64,000 nt of DNA. Origin: Octopus vulgaris (Eukaryota). The stretch is taken from positions 86,180,001 to 86,244,000 of the forward strand of contig OX597822.1 in assembly GCA_951406725.2 (NCBI GenBank), written 5' to 3'. The translations under genes were made by a program, and so were the position numbers. Shown here piece after piece: positions 24,656 to 36,420 of this stretch. Under the pieces are notes generated by a model. That model was not told the origin of the DNA. It searched no databases and saw only the letters and a list, made by a program, of their open reading frames with translations. The first letter of the stretch is position 1, and each line of letters begins with the position of its first letter.

Positions 24656-25379
24656 GAGAATACCTACACAAGTGTGACCCTCCACGACTATTTCCTCATA
24701 ACGTTCAGAAAAATGAATATTTTTTTTTTATTTAACCCCACTTTTTTCATGAAATTTTTTACAAATGCGCTTCAGATGGTGTAGATTCACATTATACTGG
24801 AATTTGTGGTGAAACTTTTTTCTAGGGGTGGGAAGAGGAGTTTCGGAAAATTCATACAAGTCGGCATTGTCTGCTCATGACTTTCAGAAAAATTGGTATT
24901 TTTTAATGAAATTTTCAATAAATATCCTTTAGAGTGTGCAACTTACAATAATTTGGAATTTTATGTGAAAAGAAAAATGATGACAACGCACACATACTGA
25001 CACCCATCACAATTTTTTCCGAAATGTCAACTTTCGTTTTGTGGATATATGTAATGTGTGCGAGCCCAACATTTTTTTTTTTTTTTTCCGCATTAAATTC
25101 CGCTACAATCATAATCTACACACTCTGAAAAGCATTCATAGAAAATTTCATTAGAAAATACTAATTTTTCTGAAAATTATGAGGAAACAAGGCCGACTCG
25201 CGTGAATTTTCCGAAACTCCTCTCCCAAATCCGGAAAAAAATTGTCACCACAAATTCCAATATAATTGAAATCTACACCATCTGAAGCATATTTGTAGAA
25301 AGTTTCATTAAAGAATTTTTTTCGTAAGTTATGAGGAAAAAAAAATCGGTGGTGGGCAAACTTGTATAGGGATGCCCTC
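24656..25379. mobile_element. Sola2-like fold-back non-autonomous DNA transposon
   Basis: GAG...CTC termini, 4-bp direct repeat ACCT on both flanks, imperfect inverted arms of about 300 bp around a spacer of about 95 bp. Confidence 0.65.
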
Positions 25380-25384
25380 ACCTG

Positions 25385-26360
25385 TGAGGATTCTCCAGAC
25401 TAAAAGAGATCTCTTCTGTCAGATTCGTTGATGAAAAATATTCCGACGACCATTTGAGTTGTCTTCCTTGGATTTTCGTTTGTAATATATGACTTATCTC
25501 CCTTCTTTTGACAGGAAGTTGTTTACTGTTTGTAAATCGTGTCGTTGTAAGATCTGCGTGTTTGATTGAAATACGCAATATCTGCCTATTAGAGATTAAT
25601 TATAGCGATTATAAAAGTGATATATAGAGACTATAAATTAGCGTTTAATCAAAAGCTATTTTTATTCATAGATATAATTTTATATCATTGATTTGTCCAG
25701 TTTACGATGGAAATTATAAGACGAAGGCCATAGTAATATTTTTTAATCTGTGGTGAGAATGTTTATTTATTCATAAACGCAACCTACATAGACAACACAT
25801 ACTCCACTCAAACAGGTAGTTTGTTACATGTAATTGCTCTGTGTATATCAATTGTCTATCAAGTATATTTGTTGTTATTAGTCATGGTTTGCGAAGGCCA
25901 CACACACTGCCCTTGTTCCTCACTAACTTTAAAAAAGGACATTAAAGCCAGTTTCTGCCTGTCTGCCCCAACCCTGCCTTTATTCAAAGGAACAGTACAA
26001 GTGTTTTGGGTTGCCTTAAAATCATTTTAGAAAGAAATACCAATATTGCATTTGTGAATGAGATGATCTGCATTCCGTTGTGACTCGTTTTTATCGTGTT
26101 TTTACTTTTGTCAGTTATATTCTTAATGAATAAATTTGGCAGATTGAAGAATAATTTAAAATCTCGCTATTTTAACACACGAATAAGAGAATGGACGAAA
26201 CATTATTTATCAAACAAAACTCACTCTGTCATATTAGAGACAGTTCCTCTCTAATTTTTTCCGCATGTGCATAGTGTCCCAAAAGGCGAAACTTGTTTAT
26301 GACATTGAACAACCAATCTCAACCAGTCGACAATCACAGTACGGGTTGTATTCATTTCTT
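25385..26360 (+). promoter_or_regulatory. Probable FBXL4 promoter / non-coding first exon region
   Basis: Unique-looking CpG-retaining sequence, ETS-like ACAGGAAGT at 25511-25519, candidate donors at 25753 (GTG|GTGAGA) and 25816 (CAG|GTAGTT). The exon at 31566 needs an upstream exon. Confidence 0.4.
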
Positions 26361-26369
26361 TCGGAGGCT

Positions 26370-26562
26370 GAATACAAAATGTATTCTGATGATTTCCTTG
26401 AGTCACCCGTCGAACGCCACTTCATCACGGTTACTCATTTACTACTGAGTGGATTGGAGCAACGTGAAATGAAGTGTCCACTGTGCACAGCCGGTTTGGA
26501 AATCGAAACCACCATCTCGCGATCGTGAGTGCAACACTAACCACCAGACCGCGTTCCTTCAT
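26370..26562 (-). mobile_element. tRNA-derived SINE (third family)
   Basis: Reverse strand GCGGTCTGGTGGTTAGTGTTGCACTCACGATCGCGAGATGGTGGTTTCGATTTCC head (A/B boxes), followed by a SINE-like body. Confidence 0.6.
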
Positions 26563-27353
26563 TTATATCAACATATCTCCTTAGCTATCTGACAACCTTA
26601 TGTATTTCTAGTCCAAGACATACAATTATTGTGAAACTATTCGGTTAGCAATTTCGTGAGTCCACTTAATGTTTAGGTTCATGTTTTTAAGTATTGGCTG
26701 TCATACACCATTTCGGGTTTTGGGGTGGGGGTTATGAGCCCTTAGACTCATAAGGCTGGTTACTCAGTTTAAGTGACAGATCTCAGCACTTCTACTGAGC
26801 AAGACATCTGAGTTCAAAGCCAGCAATTTTGAAGGAAAGGTGCAGATTGATTACATCGACCCCAGTATTTAACCAATACTTTATTTTATCAACCTCTAAA
26901 GGATAAAAGGTAAAGTTCACCTCAGCAGGATTTGAACTCAGATTGTAAAGAGCCAGAAGGATTGCAGGTAACCATTTTGCCCAACAAACTAATGCTTCTG
27001 CCAATTTGCTCCATTATTTGGTGTATGGCAATACTTAAAAACAAGAGTAACCTGGTAATTCTCTCATTCCTGTAGTTTCTACAATTGAAAATATTATTTC
27101 TAATGAGCTAAAAATTAAATAATTATTGTCAGGAAATTTCTAATAAAGCTAATTCTTTGTCTGCAAGGATTTTCAAAGTGTTATAGTCAAAAATTTCTTA
27201 CTTCAGGGCTACACCAAGTTCCAGTCTGATATGACGGAGAAACCATGTCAAATCAGACGAACTTGGTGCAGCCCTCTGGCTCACCAGTTCCGATCAAACC
27301 ATCTAACCCATGCCAGCATGGAGAGCAGACGTTAAATGGTGATGATGATGATG

Positions 27354-28553
27354 AAGACTAGCTGTCCCTGGGAACTACTAAACGTTGATGATCTCACACT
27401 CATAGCAGAATCTGTAACAGAATTAAAAAAGAAATTTTGGCTGTGGAAGCAAAACCTGGAATCAAAATGCATTAAAGTTAACTTAGCAAAGTCTAAAGTA
27501 AGCAAGAAAAAGGACAGGACCACACCCCTTCAGATAAATGGCTCTGCTTGATAGGTAGGAAAGGTGTAAGCAAAAATTCCATATGGTATACCTAGTGTAA
27601 ACTATGGACACACAAGTGGTGCAGTGAAATGGTTAGAAGGTTAAAAAAGTTTTTTTTTTTTTTTTTGGAAGATGCTCCATAGTAGCAGGACATGGGCCCT
27701 GAATGTGGAGGACATGCATAGACTAGAGAGGAATGGAGCTGGTATGTGCAATATTAGTATGTATGCATGACAAAGTGCAGATATATTGAGAGAAACGTTA
27801 GGTATAAGAAGGCATCAGATGTAATGTGCAAGAGAGAAGGCTACACTGGTTTGGTGATGTGATGTGTATGGATGAGGACAACTGCATATAGAAGTACTTA
27901 TCACTCATGGAAGAGGAAGACCTGGGATGAAGTATTAAAAGCTGATTCTTACAGAGGAAAAGACAACAGATCGAGATGAATAGCATTTTGTTGTGCTTGA
28001 GAAAACCAGCCCATTAAGGCAAAAAGGATATTCTAAAACCACTTGGTTATACTTGTATGTGCAACGTTCTACCCCCCACTCTTTTGGACACAACAAGCAT
28101 TCTCTCCCCATCTATGATATTACTCAGCTCCTGTGCTCATCTAAGAGCAGAATTAGCACATATCACATCCTGTTCCCTCTTTAACTATCGCCCCACTCTC
28201 CAAAACCGCTCCCTCCCATCTCACTCCTCTCCATACTGGTATTTCCCAACTGCACCACCACCCTATTTCTTCATTCGCTACATTAACCCTAACCTCCACT
28301 GGGTTTATTTCCCCCTCACATCCTGATACCCACTCCATTACTTCCTCTTAGAAGTGGGAGCTTTTTCCCTGTTTATGCTGTTGGCATGAAAAAAGCACCC
28401 AGTGCACTCTGTAAAGTGGTTGGTTTTAGGAAGAGTATTCAAAACATAAAACATGCCAAAGAGGACACTGGAGCTTGATGCAGCCCTGTACCCCTGGTTC
28501 CCAGTCAAACTATTCATGCCAGCATGGAAAGTAGACATTAAATGATGATGATG

Positions 28554-28555
<2 letters not shown>
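27354..28555 (+). mobile_element. Internally deleted RTE LINE
   Basis: KTSCPWELLNVDDL, Cys finger remnant, pyrimidine-rich 3'UTR and (GAT)n tail. Confidence 0.78.
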
Positions 28556-28594
<39 letters not shown>

Positions 28595-29105
28595 GAGAGA
28601 GAGGGAGTCAGATTTAAATTAGAATATGATGCTGAAATTTCAAACCTACCTTATGTTCAAATTATGAAGAGTATAGAACAAGTTCAGAGACAGTTTACTG
28701 TATGTTATACTTTCACTGTCAAATCTCTAATATCCAGAATGTCTCCTTGAACTCCAATTGTAGTCACTTGAACAGAGATGAATGATCAAACATGACCTCT
28801 CTGTATGAAATTCTCAGCAATAAGTGTCACCCTCTTCTTCTCACTCATTTACCCTCTCCAACAGATGCAACTGGCACAGCAACCGTTCTTTTCATGTCTC
28901 TGCTTTGATGCATCAAAGTTATTTCATAACACTTTTTCTCAGTAAGAGTTATTCACCTTGATCTAATTCCCTTCAGATTTTGAAACTCAGGTTTAAGAAA
29001 ATCATCTCTACAATTTCTTCAAGGGAAGGGCCTTTACCAGTTTATAGGCCTCACTTTTCTTTGCTGAACCAAAATTATAGTATATATATATATGTATATA
29101 TAATG

Positions 29106-30483
29106 TCAGCTTTTGGCATGGTTTCTACAGCTGGATGCCCTTCTTAATGCAAACCACTTTGTAAAGTGTACTGGGTGCTTTTCAATCACCATTGAAGTCA
29201 TCAACTAACTCCCATGACAAGACCCCACCCCACTCAACTCAGTGAGGTGTTGCACTGAGGCAGATAACTTCATGCCTGATGATGATAAGTTCAAGTGTAA
29301 CAGAGGCATTCTTTCCTTCTGTGGCTGGCTGATTCAGAGCGAATCTCAGAATTAAACAGCCGAAATCTGCGATGAGGGATCAGTTTCTGACTGAAGAATG
29401 AAGGCTTTCAATGACCCGTTTGTCTTTTTATTCGTCCCTTCGTGTATTTCATGTTATTTATTTATGTAAAGGTTTATTATATGTGTATATATATATATAT
29501 ATATCTTCAGGCGACATGCCATGCTTGAGGAGACCTGTTGAGTCGAATAAAATCAAAAATCACAATAAAAAATGGAACTGACTGGCTCTCATGCTCGTAG
29601 CATGCAATAAGCACCATTCATGTGTGGGTCGTTGCCAGGTCTGCCTGACTGGTTCCCTGTGCTGGTGGCATATAAAAAGCAGCATCCGAACATGGTCAAT
29701 GCTGCCCCCACCCCCCTTCCCTGCCCCAACTGGCTCCTGTGGCGGTAGCATGTAAAAAGCACCGTCTGAATGTGGCCGATGCCAGTCCCACCAAACTGGC
29801 TCCCATGCCAGTGGCACATAAAAAACACCCAATACACTCTCAGAGTGGTTGGCGTTAGGAAGGACATCTAGCTGTAGAAACTCTTTGTAAGATCAGATTG
29901 GAGCCTGGTGCAGCCTTCTGGCTTGCCAGTCCTCAGTCATACCATCCAACCCATGCCAACATGGAAAACAGACTTTAAACGATGATGATGTATGTGTGTC
30001 TCTATATCATCATCATCATTATTTAACGTCTGTTGTCCATGGTGGCATGGGAGGATTTGACCAGGGCTGGCATGTTGGAAGGCTGCACCAGACTTCAGTC
30101 TGATTTGGCATGGTTTCTGCAGCTGGATGTCCTTCCTAATGCCAACCACTCCGAGAGTGTAATGGGTGCTTTTAAATGCCACCATATATATATATGTATG
30201 TATACATGCCACCATATATGTGTGTGTGTTTATGAATGTTTATTGTATAATGATTATTTTATTCTCTTATTCTTTTACTTGTTTCAGTCATTTGACTGCA
30301 GCCATGCTGGATCACCATCTTAAAGAGTTTTAATTGAACAAATCGACCCCAGGATTTTTTTTTTTTAAAGCCTAGTTTTTTTCTATCAGCCTAGTGCTTT
30401 TGCTGAACTGCTAAGTTATGGGGACATAAACAGATCAACACCATTTGTCAAGGGTGATGGGGGGGTGTACAAAGATAGACATC

Positions 30484-30514
<31 letters not shown>

Positions 30515-30936
30515 GCGTTCTTTCAGTTTTCATCTACTAAATCCACTCACAAGGTTTTAGTCAGCTCAAGGCTGTAGTAGAAGACACTCGCCCATGGTGC
30601 CATATATTGGGATGGAACCTTAAACCATGTGGTTGGGAAGCAAGCTTCTTACCACACAGCCACACCTGCACCATCACCATTGTTTAATGGTTGTTTTCCA
30701 TGCTAGTATAAGTTGGGCATCAAATTTTTATATCAGCTTTTGGCTTGGTTTCTACAGCTCGATGACTTTCTTAATGCGAACCACTTTGTAAAGTGTACTG
30801 GGTGCTTTTCAATCACCATTGAAGTCATCAACTAACTCCCGTGACAAGACCCCACCCCTCTCAACTCAGTGAGGTGTTGTACTGAGGCAGGTAACTTCAT
30901 ACCTGGTGATGAGAAATTCAAGTGTAACAGAGGCAT
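29106..30936 (+). repeat. 204-bp direct repeat pair (29106-29309 and 30733-30936)
   Basis: Ungapped, roughly 90%+ identical copies with the same right endpoint GAGGCAT. Confidence 0.85.
30265..30668 (-). mobile_element. Full-length CORE-like tRNA SINE with internal (TA)n
   Basis: tRNA head at the 30668 end, internal microsatellite at 30484-30509, 3' tail CAGCATGGCTGCAGTCAAATGACTGAAACAAGTAAAAGA. Confidence 0.82.
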
Positions 30937-31605
30937 CAGTTTTCCGACTTTATTTTCATTTCAAATCAAAGTGAAAAAATAATTTCAAAAAATCTAGTTC
31001 ATACAGAAAACAAGTTTGTTTTGTTTTTTTCTATTATTAACTCTTTTGATAACACCTCCCCTAAGGCTACCCTTGGTTCTATGATACAAATTTTCTGTTT
31101 TAAAAGGACCTAAATTCAATCTTCTCGTCAAAATTTTATGTTTGGAACAAAATAATAATGCCAAAGTTATTTGACTAAATTCTTCGCTATTTTCAAAATT
31201 AACTGAAACAAAAACAATATATTCCAATAGTTATATGCCCTGTGCTGGTGGCATGTAAATGGCACCTGTGCTGGTGGCATGTAAAAGCACTCATTACACT
31301 CTTGGAGTGGTTGATGTTAGGAAGAGCATCCAGCTGTAGAAACCATACCAAATCAGAATAGAGTCTGGTGCAGCCTTCCAGCTTGCCAACCCTGGTCAAA
31401 CTGTCCAACCCATGCCAGCATGGACAACAGATGTTAAACTATGATTATGATGAGGATGTCTATGTGATTGCAAAATATTTGAACAAATTGTTAAAATATC
31501 GTTTTGTTAAAGATAACAACTGCATGTGTTGTCAATGTAAATAATATTTAACTTTTTCTTTGTAGATTTTCCAAGCATATAAATAACAAATGTTTATCAA
31601 GCAAG

Positions 31606-31815
31606 ATGACCGTACGACAAACTTCCAATGAAACCACTGTTTACAAAAAGACATCAAAGGGCAAATTCCTCCTGGATGAACTTTTTGTGAACCGTGTTCT
31701 TCAGTTTAGTTCACAGTATGGAGCGGCTCAAAGTATGTGTTACATTGCCAATAATTTAGTTGGACCACCTGAAGTTTATCCAAAACATGGAGATTTCACA
31801 TGCACGTGTGTATTT
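31606..31815 (+). CDS. FBXL4: FBXL4 coding exon 1 (exon starts 31566)
   Basis: Acceptor tttttctttgtag at 31565; MTVR...VLQFSSQYGAAQSMCYIANNLVGPPEVYPKHGDFTCTCVF; donor TTT|GTAAGT, phase 0. Start ATG uncertain because the frame is open back to the acceptor. Confidence 0.88.
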
Positions 31816-32477
31816 GTAAGTTGTTTTTTAAAAACATGTTCATTTATCATCATTTAATGTCTGTTTTCCATGCTGGTATGGGTTGGATGGTTTGACAGGA
31901 GTTGGCAGCTGCACAAAATACACCATTGTGTATTTTGGCATGGTTTCTATGGCTGGATGCCCACCACTACAGAGTGGACTGGGTGGAACCAGCACTGATA
32001 CTTTTTACATAGCACCAACAGAGTTTCTCTATTGTAGAACTCGCACCAGTAAGGTTGCCAAGTGACTTGCAAGACAGAGACCTCTCAGCTGAGGGAAGTG
32101 ACTGTGTGCCAGAAGAGAGGCTGGAGTATGATACAGGGACAAAGACAACTGTCTTATTATAGAAGAGATACTTGACTACCCTTCCCTCTAGGACAAAGAA
32201 GAAGAGGAAGGGGAGAGAGAGTTGGAGAGAAATAAAATTTGATTGGAAAGATAAAGAAGTGCCAGGACCAAGGTTCATGCCTAATTTTCATAATGACATT
32301 AATGCTTCCATTTAATTTTTAAGAATTGTGTGTATGTTAAGTGGGACAAAGAGGAGAAATAGAACTCTGTACATGTATATATGCAAGGGTTAAGATGCTG
32401 TAGTAAACCAAGCAAATAAACCACTTGGTAGATATCTCCACTTGCCCTACAATTTATCTCCATCTTTCTTGTTTCAG

Positions 32478-32568
32478 CGCACATATGGACCTTGGTGGAA
32501 AATGGCCCCTTCGGCTCCTAAAAGCTTTGGAAGATTTTCTACACCTTACCCAAGTGATGATTTTGTTG
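32478..32568 (+). CDS. FBXL4: FBXL4 coding exon 2
   Basis: tttcag|RTYGPWWKMAPSAPKSFGRFSTPYPSDDFV|G-gtaagt; 91 nt, phase 0/1. Confidence 0.93.
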
Positions 32569-34329
32569 GTAAGTTGCTTCCAGAATTTTTCATAATTTTT
32601 TTAGCTACCAAAGATAACAAAAGCAAAATGTATGTAATGGTAGGATACAGTCCTCCTCCTCCTCATCATCATCATTGTCATTGTCATCATCATCACCTCC
32701 ACCACAACTTATCTGCAGCTGAAACAATCTCTGTGATGCTATGAGACAAAGTAGGAAAATAGAGAAAATGCCAGGAAAAGAAAATGAAAATATTGTTCTT
32801 GCATTGTCTCCATTTTCTCCACACAACTGAGTAGGATAAGAACCAGAACACAAAAGAGTGGCAGAAGATAACCAGAGTGATAAGGTCAAGAATGTGATGA
32901 AAGATAAAACTATATTCACTGATTTTTACCATATTTTCAAATGTTGTCATGGGCCCACTGTTAGCTGTCATCTTCTTCATAGTTTACTATCTTATCCATA
33001 GGATCCAGCAAACACTCACATACATATTTACAAATGCGTTCACATATATTATTACGACTAAGTTAATATCTAATCTTTTTTTCATAAACAACATTCATTG
33101 TGTCATCCACAGACCTTTTATGCATTGGTATGAATTCATTCAGCAACAATCACTCCACTGACATGCAATCTTCACTATTTACTGCTGTGGCCTCTCTTAC
33201 TTGAGGATCACTCATTTCGTAATCACACTCCCTTATTTATTTGTCCTCACCCATTTTGCATGTCCTCTCCTCTCCCTTAATCACTTTTCCTTCCAGAATA
33301 TCAGCCCTTCTGGAATTCACCCCTACTTCTGCTTTTCTTGGATGCAGAAAATGTCTGTATGTTAAGAATGCTTGCTTCACAATCATGATATTTTGGTTCC
33401 GTCCCACATCATGGAATCTTTGGCCAGTATCTTTTACCTTAACCTTGCATCAACCCAAGCATTATGGCAGAAACTGTTTGGAAACCCAAATGGATGGCAT
33501 GACTGTGTCATTTAAATAGGTTGGCTGGATTTGACACAGATTATTCCATGTTGGTTCTATGTGAGGATTACCTTAGCTGTACTTGTTATTACTCCACCAT
33601 TTATGCTATAATTGAAGGAATAAATATTTCAGTTGGTCAGGCAACTGGAATATACAGAGTTGCAACTGTTATATGTTTTGGTTGAAGTTTTTCAGGAGCA
33701 ACACAAATTGCAATAGTCTTGGAGAGTCATGGCCAGACACTATTTCTACAGACTAAACCATGAAAATAAAAATAGTTTACATTTGTCTGGGTGTGGTTCA
33801 AGAATCAGAAATGAACCATGTGTTGTTTCCTGACCAGATAAACCAGTTAAATATTTTCATTAGAACATTGTAATGAACTAGGATATGGTTTCTAATATGA
33901 TTTTATATAATCCTAATTCAGCCATGAAACGCACGTAGTCAATGTACAAGTACTTACTTTTATACTTAATATTATTGTATTAATTTTTATTGTTCAATTT
34001 ATACTTTATTTGATTTTAGATTAATATTTTTATGATGAATGTTTCTTTGTATTGTATTCATTGTGATTTTAAAAGTATTTGCTCTTATATATTATATGAT
34101 TGTAATAATCTTACTGTTCAATATTATATATTATTAAAATTTTGGATTAGTATTTTGTATGGTATATGTCTCACAGCATGGTTTGGGACAGGTTCTTCAT
34201 TGACTGAGTTGTGGAGTGGTGGTTCGTCTCTAAATTAGTTATATACATATATTATATATTACGAAATTCGGTCTAATATTATTATACTGAATTTTACCTG
34301 TAAGGTTGGAATAATAATTTATTCCCTAA

Positions 34330-34360
<31 letters not shown>

Positions 34361-34691
34361 TGTATGTGTGTGTGCATGTGTATGTGTGTGTGTATGTATG
34401 TACGTACGTACGTATGTATGGTCATTGCCAGAGCCGCCTGACTAGCTCCTGTGGCGGCATGTAAAAAGCACCATTCAAACGTGGTTGATACCAGTCCCAC
34501 CTGACTGGCCCTCATGCCGGTGGCACATAAAAAGCACTCACTACACTTTCGGAGTGGTTGGCATTAGGAAGGGCATCCAGCTGTAGAAACATTGCCAGAT
34601 CAGATTAGAGCCTGGTACAACCTTCAGTCAAATCGTCCAACCCATGCCAGCATGGAAAGCAGACGTTAAACGACGATGATGATGATGTATG

Positions 34692-34726
<35 letters not shown>

Positions 34727-35197
34727 GTATGAAGTTTCCATTATAATGCATTGTTAATATGACATTAAATGAATTTGAATACATTTATCTTGATTAGTGT
34801 TATTCCTTTTCCACTGTGTCTGTCATTATCGTCATCATCTCCATTTAATGGAGTGTGTGTGTGGATATATTTATTGGGCAGTCAGTTGTCAGAATCACTG
34901 AAGCCACAGACAAGTGCCATGTGGATGGTTGTTCTGGCTCTTAGCATTCCCTGTTCAAAGCCAACCATAGTCAGTTTTGTTTTTCATTCTTCCAAAGCCA
35001 ATTAATAAAGAACCAGTCAAACGCTAATACTGGTTCCTCACTCTGTCTTAGAATCAGCCATTTTGCACTGTGAGAATGTCTTGGGAGAATCACACTTTCA
35101 TTTTCTGCCAAGGAACAAAGAAATGTTGAACCAGGGTTTAATGTCTCTTCTCATCTAGCATGCTGAAAAATCTGTCCGAAGAAATATATTAAAAAAA

Positions 35198-35945
35198 TTT
35201 TTTTTTCATTTCATCCAGTTTCAGCTCATGAGCTGCGGCCATGCTGGGGCACCACCATTTGGTGTTCCTACATAACTTTACTTCACGAATGCTTTTTAGC
35301 AATTGACATTTGGTGCATGAAGGAGTTTGATGCAGCCGCCCTCATCTGCACCTCTTGCCACGAAGTTGGTTCATCTGGGACACCTGACAGGAAGAGGTCC
35401 AGCTTTATTTTGAAGACGCCTACATCCACCCCAACTCTCAATGCCAAAGTTTGGGACAAGTCCTTCCAGGATCTTCCAATTGTATATTATGGCATATCTT
35501 TCTCGCCTACACTCTAAGAAATAGAATCTTAATCTCTCAAGTCTTTCCCAATAGCTTATATGCTGCATAGAGGCTATCTTCTTCGAGTAGCTTCATTGGA
35601 TTGCCTCAAGTTCTGAGATTAATTTGACACTCGTTGGTGACCATAGCTGAGAGCAATAGTCAAAGTGGCTTGGGACAAATGTCCTCCAGAGGACCATTAT
35701 GGTTTCCTGGTCTCTTGTTCTAAAAGTTCTAAGAATCCATCCGGTCAGCCGCCTACATTTCATTGCCAAGTTAGCAACATGCACATGAAAGGTTGCATCA
35801 TTACTCATGTAAATGCCTAAGTCTTGCACTGATTTATTGGATATTGTATTTAGTTTTGCATGTTGATAGCACAAAGCCTGAAACTTTTCAGCATTAAACC
35901 GCATGCTATTCTTTTCAGCCCACTTGTATATTTCATCAAAGAAAT
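35198..35945 (-). mobile_element. CR1-clade LINE fragment
   Basis: ORFs KWAEKNSMRFNAEKF, VQDLGIYMS, FDYCSQLWSP, SYWERLERL...RRERY; 3' tail at 35198-35255. Confidence 0.85.
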
Positions 35946-36074
35946 CAAAACCAACCATTCTAAGGCTATGGGCATAAAGCCCTGTGCTTAACTCATCTAC
36001 TCAAATGGATTGAAACATTTTAAGAAAAAGAAGTAGCACCATTTAACAATCTTATTTTTTTCTTTTGTTTTCAG

Positions 36075-36204
36075 AAATCTTATTTGAAAGGATGGTGTAC
36101 CCTACTGGGTTCAAAGTTTATGAAACCTATAACCCTGGGGCAATTGTAAAAGTAATGGCTTGTGACAGGTTAGCTGGTACCTGTGTTGACCAAGGTGATA
36201 CAAA
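36075..36204 (+). CDS. FBXL4: FBXL4 coding exon 3
   Basis: ttttcag|(E)ILFERMVYPTGFKVYETYNPGAIVKVMACDRLAGTCVDQGDT(K)|gtaggc; 130 nt. An alternative in-frame donor lies at 36169. Confidence 0.88.
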
Positions 36205-36420
36205 GTAGGCATCCTTCAATATTTAAACCTGTCCTTTTATCAGTTTTTGATCTGTAACTCAGTGGCAACAATAAGTTGGAGCTGGGATTGTGTTCTACTT
36301 TATTTCAAACCAAATTGTTATTTCTTTCTTTTTCTTTCCATTCACAGACATTGTAGAGTATCTTGTCCAACAAGATATGAAAGTCATATTTGTTTTACAT
36401 TATGGAGAAATATCTTTAAA

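Noticed and set aside
29585-29832. Repeat-spacer pattern resembling a CRISPR array (also 49640-49870)
   Set aside because: Spacers are homologous to each other, repeats are degenerate, context is a eukaryotic retroposon UTR, and there are no cas genes.
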